The notes under the pieces were generated by a model, which saw nothing but the letters and a program-made list of their open reading frames with translations, had not been told where the DNA came from and made no database searches. Positions 11,039-22,083 of a stretch of DNA of 64,000 bases are shown piece by piece (position 1 is the first letter of the stretch; every line of letters begins with the position of its first letter). The translations under genes were made by a program, and so were the position numbers. The stretch lies in NCBI GenBank assembly GCA_963575745.1, contig CAUYUJ010000314.1, forward strand, positions 434,001 to 498,000, written 5' to 3'. The DNA is from Prorocentrum cordatum. Its lineage: Eukaryota.

Positions 11039-11504
11039 GGTTCAGTAGGCGCCAGAGTACGCGTCCTTGCTGTGTAGATCTCAGCTCGCGTTTGCACGTC
11101 TCAATCACGCTACGACTCATTGATATGTGGACACTTGCGCTGCTATGGAGTTCCTGGCGGCTTCTGTGAGAAACGTGCATCGGTCTCCTCCTCTCCCCCT
11201 CCCCCCACCGTCCCTCCTCCCTCCTCCCAGGGCGCAGTCGGCGCCTGAAACTATCTGAAACTTTGTAGTTTCAGACAGCGCTTTCCGCGATGAGAAACAT
11301 TGGTTTTCATTGACAGTTCCATACAAAATGCACATTTGTAACATGCAGCGTTGAAGTTTCAGATCTGAAACTCTTCTGAAACTCTGGCCCTCGGGATCCC
11401 GCACGGCGTCTCGGCGACCCCGCTGCGGCCTTCCGCGCAGCCCTTTCGCCCCGAGCTGGCGCGTTCAGGTTTCCTACACTCCATACCTGCGCTGGCCACC
11501 GAGC

Positions 11505-12754
11505 ATGGCAAAGCAGGTGCCTCGCAAGACCCCCCAGAGCGCAAAGATGAGGAGGCCGGCTGCAGCTTCGGCGACGGCAGTGGTGCCGCACGAGAAGACC
11601 GACGCAGAGAAGAAGGGTTTGGACCGCCTGGCCGATCTAAAGCCAGGCCAACCCCTGGGGCAGGCAGGGGCGCAAGCAGTCACGGACCACTTGAAGCGCT
11701 TGGCCAAGGACGGTTGGGAGTTTCCCCTCCAGGAGTGGAAGAACACCAAGAGCTACGAGGCGAAACGTTCCTTGGCCGTCAAGCTGGCGCTGGACAGGGC
11801 CGGGTCATTTTTCAAGCAGATCGAAGAGCAGTCCCTGACGAGTCGGAGCCAGAAGGCGATCAAGAGCGGATGGCTCCACATCTGGGAAGTCGCTGACTTG
11901 GAGAAGTTCCCGTGCAACCCAGAGAACGAGGCGACGATGCAGAAGCTGTACGACTTCGTGGAGGGCTGCCCCACCAGGGCTTCTGAAAAGCCTGCTTTGG
12001 CCAAGAAGGGCGAGCTGCAGTACGACTACTCGAAGAGGATGGTGGACAACCACGTATCCGAGCGCAGGAAGGCTATCACCGTCAAGGGCACGAAGGACAA
12101 GGTCGACGCTGGAGAGGTCAACGACTCGATCGCTCTCATGGACGACGACTTCGTCGAGCAGCCCGTCCACAAGAAGGCGAAGAAGGCGAAGGTCCCCAAG
12201 GCGATCGAGGACGAGAAGCCCGAAGACAAGAAGTTGCGCGAGGCTGGGGATTGCGTTGAACTGCGCCGCTGTGGCCCTGCTTTCTCGGAGTGCTCAGGGG
12301 GCTCAGCTTGGTTCCGGCCGCGCGCGCTGGAACGAAGCTTCTGCCTGGGCTCATCCTGGGAATGCGGTGTCGCAGATGCGTGGCCGACGCCATCTCGCAG
12401 GCAACGGCGGAGAAGGCGAAATGGATTTCGTCTTACACGTCGCTGAAGACCAAGGTCGGAAAACAGACCGACTTGGCGGAGAAGCTGCAGGCGAAGTACG
12501 ATTTGGTGAAGGACAAAAAGAAAGGCACTCTCGTCACGGCGAAGCTCGTGACCCAGATGTGGTCGCAGTTGTCTACGCTGCAGGCCAAGAAGGGCAAGAT
12601 GGCGCGCTTCATCGAGGATACCAGCGCCGTGGACCCCCTCAAGTGGGCCAAGAACAAAGCGAAATACGACAAAGAGTTCAAGGATTGCGAGTCTGCCCTG
12701 GACACCTTCACCGAGGGGGCCGTGTCCCTCGTGCAGAAGGGGTTGACCAATTGA
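11505..12754 (+). CDS. Transposon gene B: ~363-aa K/E/A-rich helical or coiled-coil protein of unknown function; exons 11505-12242 and 12401-12754 (GC-AG intron)
   Basis: Strong GC3 codon bias. Splicing gag|gctggg...ctcgcag|gcaacg joins KKLRE to ATAEKAKWISSY in frame (phase 0) and removes the non-protein-like segment. Confidence 0.8.
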
Positions 12755-13091
12755 GCGGGCTCGGCGCGCGCTGACTGCCGTGGGAGGCGGCGAGAGACAG
12801 AGACAGAGACAGGAAGGCAGACAAGGGAGAGAGAGAGAGAGAGAGAGAGGGTGTCGCATCCTGTTCAGGGTCGGGCTCGGGGCGCGTGCCATGGGCATGC
12901 TCGCAACCATCCTATTGGCTTTTTTGTTTGGAGGGGGGCGCCGGCGGCGCGTCTGATTGCGTGACTGGGTAAATGTGAGCGCGTGCCTGCCAGATTCGAG
13001 AGGGGGCCCCTCCGCTCCTGTTTCTGCTTGTATTCCTTATAACAATCGTCGCAGCGCGTGCCTCTGGCAACTGTCGCCCATTCAGCTTTCG

Positions 13092-13113
13092 CCCATAGCC
13101 GTTTTGGCTCGAG
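13092..13113 (+). other. Degenerate DinoSL-like sequence upstream of the transposase
   Basis: cccatagccgttttggctcgag matches DCCGTAGCCATTTTGGCTCAAG at 18/22, ungapped; the next in-frame ATGs are at 13131 and 13245. Confidence 0.65.
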
Positions 13114-13244
13114 CCTGCATTGCGGATCGCATGTATCCCGGGACTGGGCACAAACAGCGAGCCGCGCGCACAGCCGATGGGCCATATGGCAAGCACTCGT
13201 GCGACACCAGATGCAGGCCAACGGGGGGCTCAAAGCAACATGTC

Positions 13245-14999
13245 ATGGACGCCCGCGCCGTCGCAATTGCTCGACCATCCAGCGCGGCAGCTACGCCCGC
13301 CAGCAGCTCGGCCCCCAGCGATGCGGACATCAGCGATTACAGATCCCATTTGAGTCGGCTCTTCCTACGCAACAAAATGTCTGCCCTGGATGCCCAGCTC
13401 CTGGCTTCGAAGTCGAGTCAAGCTGGGGCCAGAGGAGTCGATGATTTTGCAAGGGTTGGTTCCCGTGGAGCCGAGCCAAAGAATATGTGTCGGGACATGC
13501 TGAGGGCGTGCTTGAAAGGAACAGACATGCCCGACTTGTATTGGGCGAAAGTACCGTGCTGCAACCCCAAGACGGGCATCAAAAGAGAGGATGTGTGGAT
13601 GCCATTTCTCCTTCCTCACGAGCTGCTACATCTGCTCGTGCAGAAGGCTGGGGAATCGTGGGGCGACCTCTGCTCCGTGCCTTCAGGGCTCGAAGCGCTG
13701 CGAGCCGAGGTCACGCGCGGGGCGCCGCATCTGTCGGGCGGGCACTTGATTTGCATCGGCTTCCACGGCGATGGAGTGCCCCATCAACGACGTAAAACAG
13801 TCGAGGTATATAGTTGGAATGTGTTGGCTTTCCCATCGTCGGAGCGTTTTCTTTTCGCAATGGTTGAAAAAGAATTCATGTGTGGATGCGGGTGCAAGGG
13901 GCGATGCACAATAGATGGCATTCTCGATATATTTTTGTGGAGTCTCCGGTGCTTGTACATGGGCCAATTTCCTACCTCGCGGCACGACTCGTTGGAGTGG
14001 CTACCGTCAGACAAGAGCCGGGCGAAACTGAAGCATGGCAGAGATTTTGGATTCCATTCAATATTGTTGCAGATCCGAGGAGATTGGCAATTCTACAAGA
14101 CGATATTTGGATTCAGCGGCTGGGCATCCAAATCAATTTGTGGGCTCTGCGGGGCCACGCAGCCAGATGGCGATAAGCCGTACAACGATTTCAGCATCCA
14201 AGCAGCGTGGAGAAAATGCAGACACAACGTGCGCGATATGCTTAGCATCCTCAGCAATTCAGGGGTCCCTTTGAGCCCCCTCTTCGGGGCGCCGTGCTTC
14301 CACGCGATCATGCTCACAATTGATGTCCTACATTGCTTGGATCTGGGCGTCTCTCAAGATATACTTGGGAATTTGTTTTGGGAGGCTATCGCATCGAAAG
14401 GTTTCTTCTCAGAGACGACGCAGGAAAAACGAGTGGACCAGTTGCTCCTTCTCGTCAAGGAGCATTACAAAGAGTGCCGCACTCCTGTTCGCGTGAATGG
14501 TTTGACTCTGGAGATGATTAAAAGGCAATCAAAATCACCCAAATTTCGCGCGAAGGGGGCGGAGACTCGATACATGGTTCCATTCGGATTGTGCTTGGCA
14601 GAGAAGATGCACGAGTTCCACGGCACCGTCCATTCGCTCACTGTGCTGGAAATGTTGAGGTGCTTGTTTCTTTTCTACACGACAATGGGCAATGATGTAT
14701 ACGATGCTGATCGTGCAGCAAGCTCGTGTCGAAAGTGTCTGCTGCTCTATAAATCGCTCTCTTCCGAAGCCAAGAACAAAGTTTTTTGGAAGTGCAAACC
14801 AAAAATGCACATGTGGCAGGAGATGGCAGAATACATGGGGACAGTAATCAGCAACCCTCGGCTCTTCTGGGCATACAAAGACGAAGATTTCGTCGGTTTC
14901 ATCAGCGAGCTAGCCCATTCGAGAGGCGGTGGTGGCATGAGTAGCACTGTCCCTAGAGTTGCAATTACGAGGTACAGGGCCCTGGGAGGGGCCACATGA
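13245..14999 (+). CDS. DDE transposase, CMC (CACTA/EnSpm/Mirage)-like, 584 aa from ATG 13245 (alternative in-frame ATG 13131)
   Basis: Uninterrupted ORF with FHGDGVP (D, 13770), QIRGDW (D, 14082), CxxC (ICGLCG), IDVLHCLDLG, KPKMH and NPRLFWAYKDEDFVG (E, 14883), in the order expected for CMC transposases. Confidence 0.8.
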   Translation: MDARAVAIARPSSAAATPASSSAPSDADISDYRSHLSRLFLRNKMSALDAQLLASKSSQAGARGVDDFARVGSRGAEPKNMCRDMLRACLKGTDMPDLYWAKVPCCNPKTGIKREDVWMPFLLPHELLHLLVQKAGESWGDLCSVPSGLEALRAEVTRGAPHLSGGHLICIGFHGDGVPHQRRKTVEVYSWNVLAFPSSERFLFAMVEKEFMCGCGCKGRCTIDGILDIFLWSLRCLYMGQFPTSRHDSLEWLPSDKSRAKLKHGRDFGFHSILLQIRGDWQFYKTIFGFSGWASKSICGLCGATQPDGDKPYNDFSIQAAWRKCRHNVRDMLSILSNSGVPLSPLFGAPCFHAIMLTIDVLHCLDLGVSQDILGNLFWEAIASKGFFSETTQEKRVDQLLLLVKEHYKECRTPVRVNGLTLEMIKRQSKSPKFRAKGAETRYMVPFGLCLAEKMHEFHGTVHSLTVLEMLRCLFLFYTTMGNDVYDADRAASSCRKCLLLYKSLSSEAKNKVFWKCKPKMHMWQEMAEYMGTVISNPRLFWAYKDEDFVGFISELAHSRGGGGMSSTVPRVAITRYRALGGAT

Positions 15000-15439
15000 T
15001 GAAAAAAACATCATCGCATCATCATCGCCATCGTCATCATCACTATCCACCGCCTTATCTGTACATCCCAAGACACGGCAATGGACATGAGGGGGCGTGG
15101 GCGGCGACACACAGAGCGAACTGGCCGCGACGGGCTGCGAGCTACGATCCCCCAGCCTTCAATCCCAGCGCCACTAGGCCACGAGGGGTACGGACGGCGA
15201 TACCCTGCTGCAGGCCACGAGAGGGGCAGGCTTCGGGCACCAGCCACGAGCCCGCCAGACGAACGTCAAGCGCAGGTCTCCGCTTGACAGGGCAATGTGT
15301 AAGCCCATATAAAGCCTTTCGGTTGCGGATACGAGTGAAGGGCGGGTTGGTCTCGATTCCGCGGCGTCTCGAAAACCGCCGCTTTCGAAGCGGCTGCAAT
15401 CAAAGCAGACCGCGTTTTCGAAACCCCCGTCTCGAAATT

Positions 15440-16383
15440 AAGCGGCTCGATTTCAGAATTCGAGACGCCCTTAAATATGAGACCAAGAAAACGAGACACC
15501 TTTTTTTTGCGAGACGCCCCAGAAAAGGAAACCATACTCAAAACATAACTGTCTTGGGCGACATCGCGGGATGAATGATTCCGGCGACGACGCTCGCCCA
15601 ATGTGACACAACATATGAGGAACAAAACGCGTCTCAAATGCAACCTCCTTGTTGCACCATACCGAGCACTCCATGCCCCTGGACCCCTTTTGCAAAGCAG
15701 GGAGCAGCAGAACACGGGTGGCACTGCATATGAGGAATAAAACGCGTCTCAAATGCAACCTCATTGTTGCACCATGCCGAGGAGGCTGCATTTGAGACGC
15801 GTTTTATTCCTCATATGCAGGGCCACCCGTGTTCTGCTGCTCCCTGCATTGCAAAAAGGGGTCCAGGGGCATGGAGTGCTCGGCATGGTGCAACAAGGAG
15901 GTTGCATTTGAGACGCGTTTTACTCCTCATATGTGGTGTCACATTGCTCGCCCAAACGCTGGACTACTCATTTCTTGAGAAATGAGTAGTTGAGTCAACT
16001 ACTTATTTAAATAAGTAGTTGGGCCAACGGGGAATTGAGTGAGGAGGGCGAGGAGTTGGGGCGGAGGCTGACCAGGACGAACACGAATTGGGAAAGAGGT
16101 GATGAGGAGGGCGACTGCGAAAATGGGAGGAGGAGGAGGGGGAGGAGGAACGGAGGAGGAACGGGAGCGAGAGGAACTACCCATGGGTAGGTGGGCCTTG
16201 CCTGCAGGGCCCCCCCTCCGCCGAAAAAGTCAGAGGTCAAACTATGGGGTCGAAAACTTTACCTCTGACTTCCGTGCTTTTCCCCACGACGCGAAGATCA
16301 AAGCGCCCCTGAGAACCCCCCACCCTCCGCGCGATGATGGTGATTACAGCGATGTGGGCGGCGATCAAGTGGGCAAAAACGGG
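15440..16383 (-). repeat. Right long terminal inverted repeat
   Basis: Reverse complement of 6274-7195. Confidence 0.95.
15600..15945. mobile_element. Same 346-bp foldback inside the right TIR, flanked by GCTCGCCC
   Basis: Mirror of 6705-7050; direct repeats at 15592-15599 and 15946-15953. Confidence 0.8.
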
Positions 16384-17569
16384 CAGTCGCTCTCAATTCC
16401 TCGTTCCCCTAACACGTAATTGTTTTTTCATGCTTTGCGCAATCGAATAAACTTACGTTGTGGTCATCTTCTGAGATGGCTCAAAAGTCCCCCAAATCTA
16501 CCGCGTTCGAAAGGTCGCGGGGCGGGGCGATAAATCTGGTTCGGTGGCTTCTATCGGGGCCCCATGTGGGGTACGTCGCCGGCGGGCGGGTCGCTGGGCG
16601 GGCCGCGAGCGGGGCGCGACGGATCGTAGGACGACGACGAGCAAAAATAACAACACTGACCCCAAATGGAACAAACCCTTATGACGTGGCCAACGAAGCC
16701 GCAATTCAGCCGCTCGCGGCGGTCGCGGGGCGTGTCGATAAGATAGCGCCTTGGATTTCTATCGAGGTCTCCTGCGAGGCGGGGCGCGGGCGGGCGGGGC
16801 GCTGGGCGGGTCGCGCGTGCATTGCGGCGGGGCGCGGGGCGAGGATCGCGAATACCAGTAACAACAACGACAAAATTAAACACCGCATCACTGAAGCCAG
16901 ACGCGCACCCAGGGACAGTGTAAAGACGTTCGGCCTCGTCAACCAGATCTCTTATCTCTAGGTTTGAGGGTGGTGATGCACGCATAGGAAATGATCTCCA
17001 AAAAATAACAGCGGCGCTCCTAAATTTAACCGATCTCACTTAAATAACAAGATATAGGCAACAATAACAAGAGATTTCTCCTAAAAGCTGCTCTTAAATG
17101 CTTCGCACCACTTAGATCTAGACTATTCGGCTGCTTCCAGCCGCAGCGGATGGTCGGGGTTGCCAGTAATACCGTTCGGCCAATCACTCTGCTGGTTCGA
17201 ATTTGGTTTGCGCGCAAGTGCATTGTTACGATGTCAAAGTGGCATGACTGGCAATACTGTCAAAAAACAATGCTTCAAGTGCAAGAAATGCACTGTCTCA
17301 GCGAGGGCTTTTCCGACGACATGGTTTCGTGCTTTTGCCGGCTAGATTTTCTGAACGCCGGGCTGAAAACTAGACTGCGGTCTAGAAAACTGAACTGCTA
17401 GGAGGTGGTTTTGCACTTGCCGGGCATCTGTGTCACCAAACAGCCCGCTTTCGCTACCAATCCGGCTACTTCCAACACTTCCGGCGAAGAAACAAAACTT
17501 CCACCCGATAAACAACACTTGCAGACGCAATCGGATTAGCGCTCCGGGCCCGCCGTTGTTTTTTCCGAC

Positions 17570-17765
17570 CCGATCCTCCTTCTCGACCCTCCTGCTCGAC
17601 CCTCCTCCTCGATCCTCCTCCTCGATCCTCCTCCTCGATCCTCCTCCTCGATCCTCCTCCTCGTCCTCGTCCTCCTCCTCCTCCTCCTCCTCGATCCTCC
17701 TCCTCCTCCTCGATCCTCCTTCTCTCTCTCCTCCTCCTTCTACTCTTCCTTTCCTCCTTCTCCTC
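17570..17765. repeat. (CTC)n / CGATCCTCCT low-complexity repeat
   Basis: Direct reading. Confidence 0.9.
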
Positions 17766-18009
17766 ATAAATTCGCCGGCCAAATGGGCCAGAGGCCAGGC
17801 CGGGTGGGCAGACCTCCTACCCTGACACGTCGATTAGCGCATTGGCCGTCTTCGGTTCGCGGGAGGGCGTCGCGGCCGTCATTGCTGCGGGTCCAGGTCC
17901 GTCGGTTTCGGTCCCAGGCCGTTTTCACTAAGGGGAGGTTTACTAAAGGGAGGTTTGTTCATTGCCGATTCGAAACGAGAAGAGAAAGCACGGCCGCACC
18001 GAGGTATAA

Positions 18010-18140
18010 AATCGAGGTCGGTTCGGGGAGGGTGTCCTGGTGTTCTTCGCATGTGTTGCATGTCCTCGTGTATTCCTGGGGGGAAGGGTACCCTGAAGCA
18101 TGTCTCTTCTGTCCCAGCGGAGGGTCTCACGTTCTTAAAG
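18010..18140 (+). repeat. Diverged dispersed repeat (related copy at ~41930-42055)
   Basis: tcgagg.cggttc...gggt.tcct...ttcttcg...ctggggga.ggg.accct...gcggagggtctca.gttctt is shared by both loci. Confidence 0.65.
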
Positions 18141-18854
18141 GACGTTCTTCTATGCCTGCTCCGGCTGTGTGGTGGAGATTCCTCAGAAAAGTAGGGCGCA
18201 TATACTTCCGCAAGAGCATGGCGGAGACAGCAACGGCAAAATAGGGCGGCAATTGGCATCAAACAAGCGCGAAACGTAGGACGGATAGTTCCGCCCAACT
18301 TGCGAAATCCCCCAAAGTACGGCGTATCGGGAGTCGGGGAGGGGGAAAGGGAATTGAAGGTGGAAGTCTCTGAACGTCTTTGTGTTTCCTCGGGCAACGT
18401 CGCAAGAGCAGGCGCGCTCCTAAAGGTTTAGGTCTCCGTGTGCGCCAGTTTTTTTTCGGCTCTCGTGACTGGGTTAGGTTAGGTTTCAGGTCCACAGTGT
18501 GGTGGAACCCAGGTCCGCCCTGGGTTTCACCGCGGATGTGGGTTCTCCCCCACACCGTCTTCTGTCCTCTTCCTTGCTCTTGTGCCCTCTGTTGGTTTCT
18601 ATGCCCTGTTGGTATATGGATTGACGATGGTTTCGTTTCAGTGTCGCATGAAAATGATGAACGAAGGTGGTGGATGCGGATGATGGGGAAGGCGGTTGAG
18701 GAGGGCGGTGAAGGAAGGCGGCAGAGGGGGCAGGGGGAGGATGAGGAGGAATTAACGAATCATAGTAATGAAATAGTAATCATGATGGTAATACGTCGAA
18801 CATGGATACTAACAATGCGAGTAGTAGCAGCAATAATAACAATCAAAAATCGTA

Positions 18855-19391
18855 ATCATGATGATGATCCCTGATGCTGATGCTGATGATGACGACGCTG
18901 ACGATGATGATGATGCTGCTGCTGATACTGATGAAGATGATGATGACGATGATGATGACGATAGGGGTGCTCCTGATGATGGGGAATGATCAGTCCATGA
19001 CGACAATACTACTAATGATGAGTATAATGATACTGGTGGTGTTGATGATGATGGTGATGTTGATGATGATGGTGTTGCTGATGGTGGTGATGACGACGAT
19101 GTTGATAATAACGATGAATAAGAAGCAGAAGGTGACGACGATGCTGATAATGCTGCTGGTGGTGGTGATGATGATACATATGATGATGCTGGTGGTGTTA
19201 GTGATGATGGCGTTGTTGGTGATGATGGTGATGATGACGACGATGGTGATGCTGATGGCTACCATTATTTTGGTATGAATCATGAGGCTGATGCTGATGC
19301 TGATGATGTTGTTGATGATGACGATGATGATGCTGCTGCTGATGATGATGATGATGTTGGTGGTGGTGATTGTAATGATAATGATGCTGAG

Positions 19392-19424
<33 letters not shown>

Positions 19425-19435
19425 GATCATGATCA

Positions 19436-19466
<31 letters not shown>

Positions 19467-20110
19467 TGACGGATGACGGTGATGATGATGGCGTTGACCA
19501 TGATGCTGATGATGTTGATGATGAGGAGGATGATGAGGATGCAGATGAGGATGATGGTGATGTTTGATGGCGACGACGACGAGCATGATGAGGATGAGGA
19601 GGAGGCAGGCTTCGGAGGAAGATTGGGTAGGAGGAAGGCATTGGGTCAAGACGGTGGGGGAATGCCAGGGATGAGGATGATGAGAAGGATGGTACAATGA
19701 GTAAGATCAGGAAGTGAGGATGAGAAGCAGGATGAGTAGGAGGAGTTGGAGGAGGAGGAGGAGGAGGAGGAATAGGAGGAGGAGGAGGAGGAGGAGGAGG
19801 AGGAGGAGGTGGTGGACGGCGGTGACAGTGGAGGTGAAATATGGGAGGACAGTGGTGATGATGATGAGCAGAAGGATGAGGAGGAAGAAGGCCCTGGACG
19901 AGGAAGGCGTTGGCAGAAGTTGGAGGAGGGGGGGAAGAGGATGCGTAACGGATCATGGGGAGGAGGAAGGCGGTGTAGGAAGGCTGAGGAATAGGGTTGC
20001 GGTGAAGGAATGCGGAGAAGGATGATGATGATGAGGTGGAGGAGGAGGAGAGGAGGAATACGTAGGAGCAGGCGGAGGAGCAGCAGGAGGAAGAGTAGGG
20101 GGAGAACGGC
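18855..20110. repeat. Degenerate (GAT)n then (GAG)n microsatellite field
   Basis: Direct reading; source of the poly-M/D/H/I ORFs. Confidence 0.95.
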
Positions 20111-21229
20111 GGTGGCAGTTGAGGTGAAGCAGGCGAGGGACCTCCAGGGATAGTGATGAACATGTGATGTAAGACGGCATTGGAGCTTCACGCGATGCAA
20201 CTTGGTCCCTCAATGCCGGCCTGCGCTCGGAATGAGAGAGAGGTGGATCAGTATAAACAGCGATAACTCGTTGCTGCTGTTTTCTTCGTCGTCGTCGTAC
20301 TATGCACCTCCTTCCCCTTCCCTCCCATTTCTCCTCGCTCTCGTTACCCTGCTTAACCCTTCCCCGACATCCGATATTTGTCTGCAGAGGGCCATCCTTT
20401 AAGGCCTCCTGTGGGCCTCACGACACCGATTCGGGGCTTCCTGCGGTCTTTGAGTTCTCCTGGGCGTTTTTTCGGCGGGCTCTGGCAATCTCTAGCCGGC
20501 AATGAGGAGACCTGGCCAAGCTTGACCCCTGAATTTGCCTGCTGGGCGGCGAAGGCGCACTTCGACCTCCGAGGGTTTCACACAGTTTTACACAGAGTCC
20601 TGCCCCTCGCGGGCCACCCTGATAGAACTTTGAGTCTTGAGGCTTTGGCGGGCTTCGCGGTCTTAGTCGGGCCACCTTGCTGCGAACCACGATCTCCCTC
20701 AATGACCGGGTCACGATCCGAAGCGCTTCGGGCCATGTCGGGGCTTTGTGTGGCCGTCTCGGGGCTATCTTGGATTGTCAGCATGCCCTTCCGGGTCGTT
20801 TTGGGACGATTTTCGGGGTCGTCTTGGGTGGTCGTGGATGCGCGCGCGACAGAAGAGCCGAGAATTCCAAAGTCGTACACCCACAGAAGACAATCGTTTT
20901 TGAATTTGGAGGGCCTATTTGTGTGTGTGTGTGTGTGTTTGGGCCGTCTTCGGACGTCTGGTGGGTGTCTGAGGCCGTCTGGGGCCCTTGCGCGGCCGCT
21001 TGGCCACCCTCCTGACCACTTTGGGCCCGCTGGCTGGGCCCGGCAAGGACGTCCAGGATGCCCAGAAGTCCTGGGGGACCCTTTCTGTAATGGCGTCCAG
21101 TAGATCCCTGTGGCCACGGATCCGGAGGGTCCGGCCTGGGGTCGGGTTGTGGGGGGAGCTCTTTCCGCAAACGAAGCAAAACACCAAGCAACTGGTAAAA
21201 TCCCAAACATGTACATACCAATCCCAGCC

Positions 21230-22050
21230 GTTCTGAGAGGTCTCTGAACGATCCCTAGAGCGACCCTGAAAGGGTCTCTAAAGGATCCTCCGAGGATCGA
21301 TCATTGGAGGATCTATATTTACGAGGTCCTCACAGGATCTGTGAAGGATCCTTAGAGGATCTCAGAGGGACCCTTCGAGGATCTCTTAAGGACCCTTGAC
21401 GCATCGCTAGGAGTCGGCGGCGAGACCAGGGGGAAGTCAGAGGGGGCGGGCCTCCTCATACGGCTCGGAAGGTCTCGGGCCTTCTAAAGAAAGATCCGTG
21501 CCCTCTCCGAAGACACTGAAACGACTTTTCAAAAGGCCGGAGGGCTTCTGGAACGCCCAGGCGCCTTTGTGAAGGCCTGCGTCCTGTCACTTCCCCACCA
21601 GGCGCGCCGCTGAGAGAGATCCTTAGAGGATCTATGCAGGATCCTCAGATGATCTCTAGAGGCTCCTCACATGATCTCTTGCTGATCCTTTCAGGACTTT
21701 ACATAATCTTCATCGGATCTCCAAAGGATCCTGGCACGATCTCTGAAGGATCCTTCGAGAGATCCCTGGATATTCTCTGGAAGATCCCCCGGGATCCTTA
21801 GATCTGTCGAGATCCTCAGAGAGATCCCTGGAGATCTTCAGAGACCTCCTTTGAGATTATGAGAGGATCCCTGAAGGATCCTTAGAGAGATCCTTCGAGA
21901 TCCTTGGAGAGATCCTGAGATCCCTGTAGGATCTCTCCAGGCTTCGAGGATGTCTGAAGGATCCTTACAGGGATCCTTCGCGGAGATCTGACGTCTTCCA
22001 GGATATCGGAGAGATCATTCCCCAGACCACTCGAGATCTTTGAGGATACC
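21230..22050. repeat. Degenerate GATC-rich satellite (GGATCC/AGATCT units)
   Basis: Dense gaggatcc/gagatcc/ggatct motifs at roughly 10-12-nt spacing. Confidence 0.75.
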
Positions 22051-22083
22051 GACGCCGATCCGATTCTGATGTTAAGCTGGTGA

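Larger units (their letters stand above)
6274..16383 (+). mobile_element. ~10-kb multigene DNA transposon, CMC (CACTA/Mirage/Chapaev)-like, with ~0.9-kb TIRs; exact termini uncertain
   Basis: Long inverted repeats enclose three + strand genes including an intact DDE-type transposase. Weaker inverted similarity continues outward to ~5920/16950. Confidence 0.85.

Noticed and set aside
12957..13130. Track start of the 680-aa ORF
   Set aside because: Non-ATG start upstream of the SL-like motif, and the translation is not protein-like. ATG 13131 or 13245 is preferred.
6274..16383. Polinton/Maverick or virophage interpretation of the long-TIR element
   Set aside because: No pPolB, retroviral-type integrase, packaging ATPase or capsid motifs, and no (AGT)n-type termini.
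6272..16385. CA|CCCGTTTT...AAAACGGG|CA as exact termini with a 2-bp TSD
   Set aside because: Attractive for a CMC element, but inverted homology (gagagcgactgc) continues beyond it and a 2-bp match is easily chance. Used only as a working boundary.
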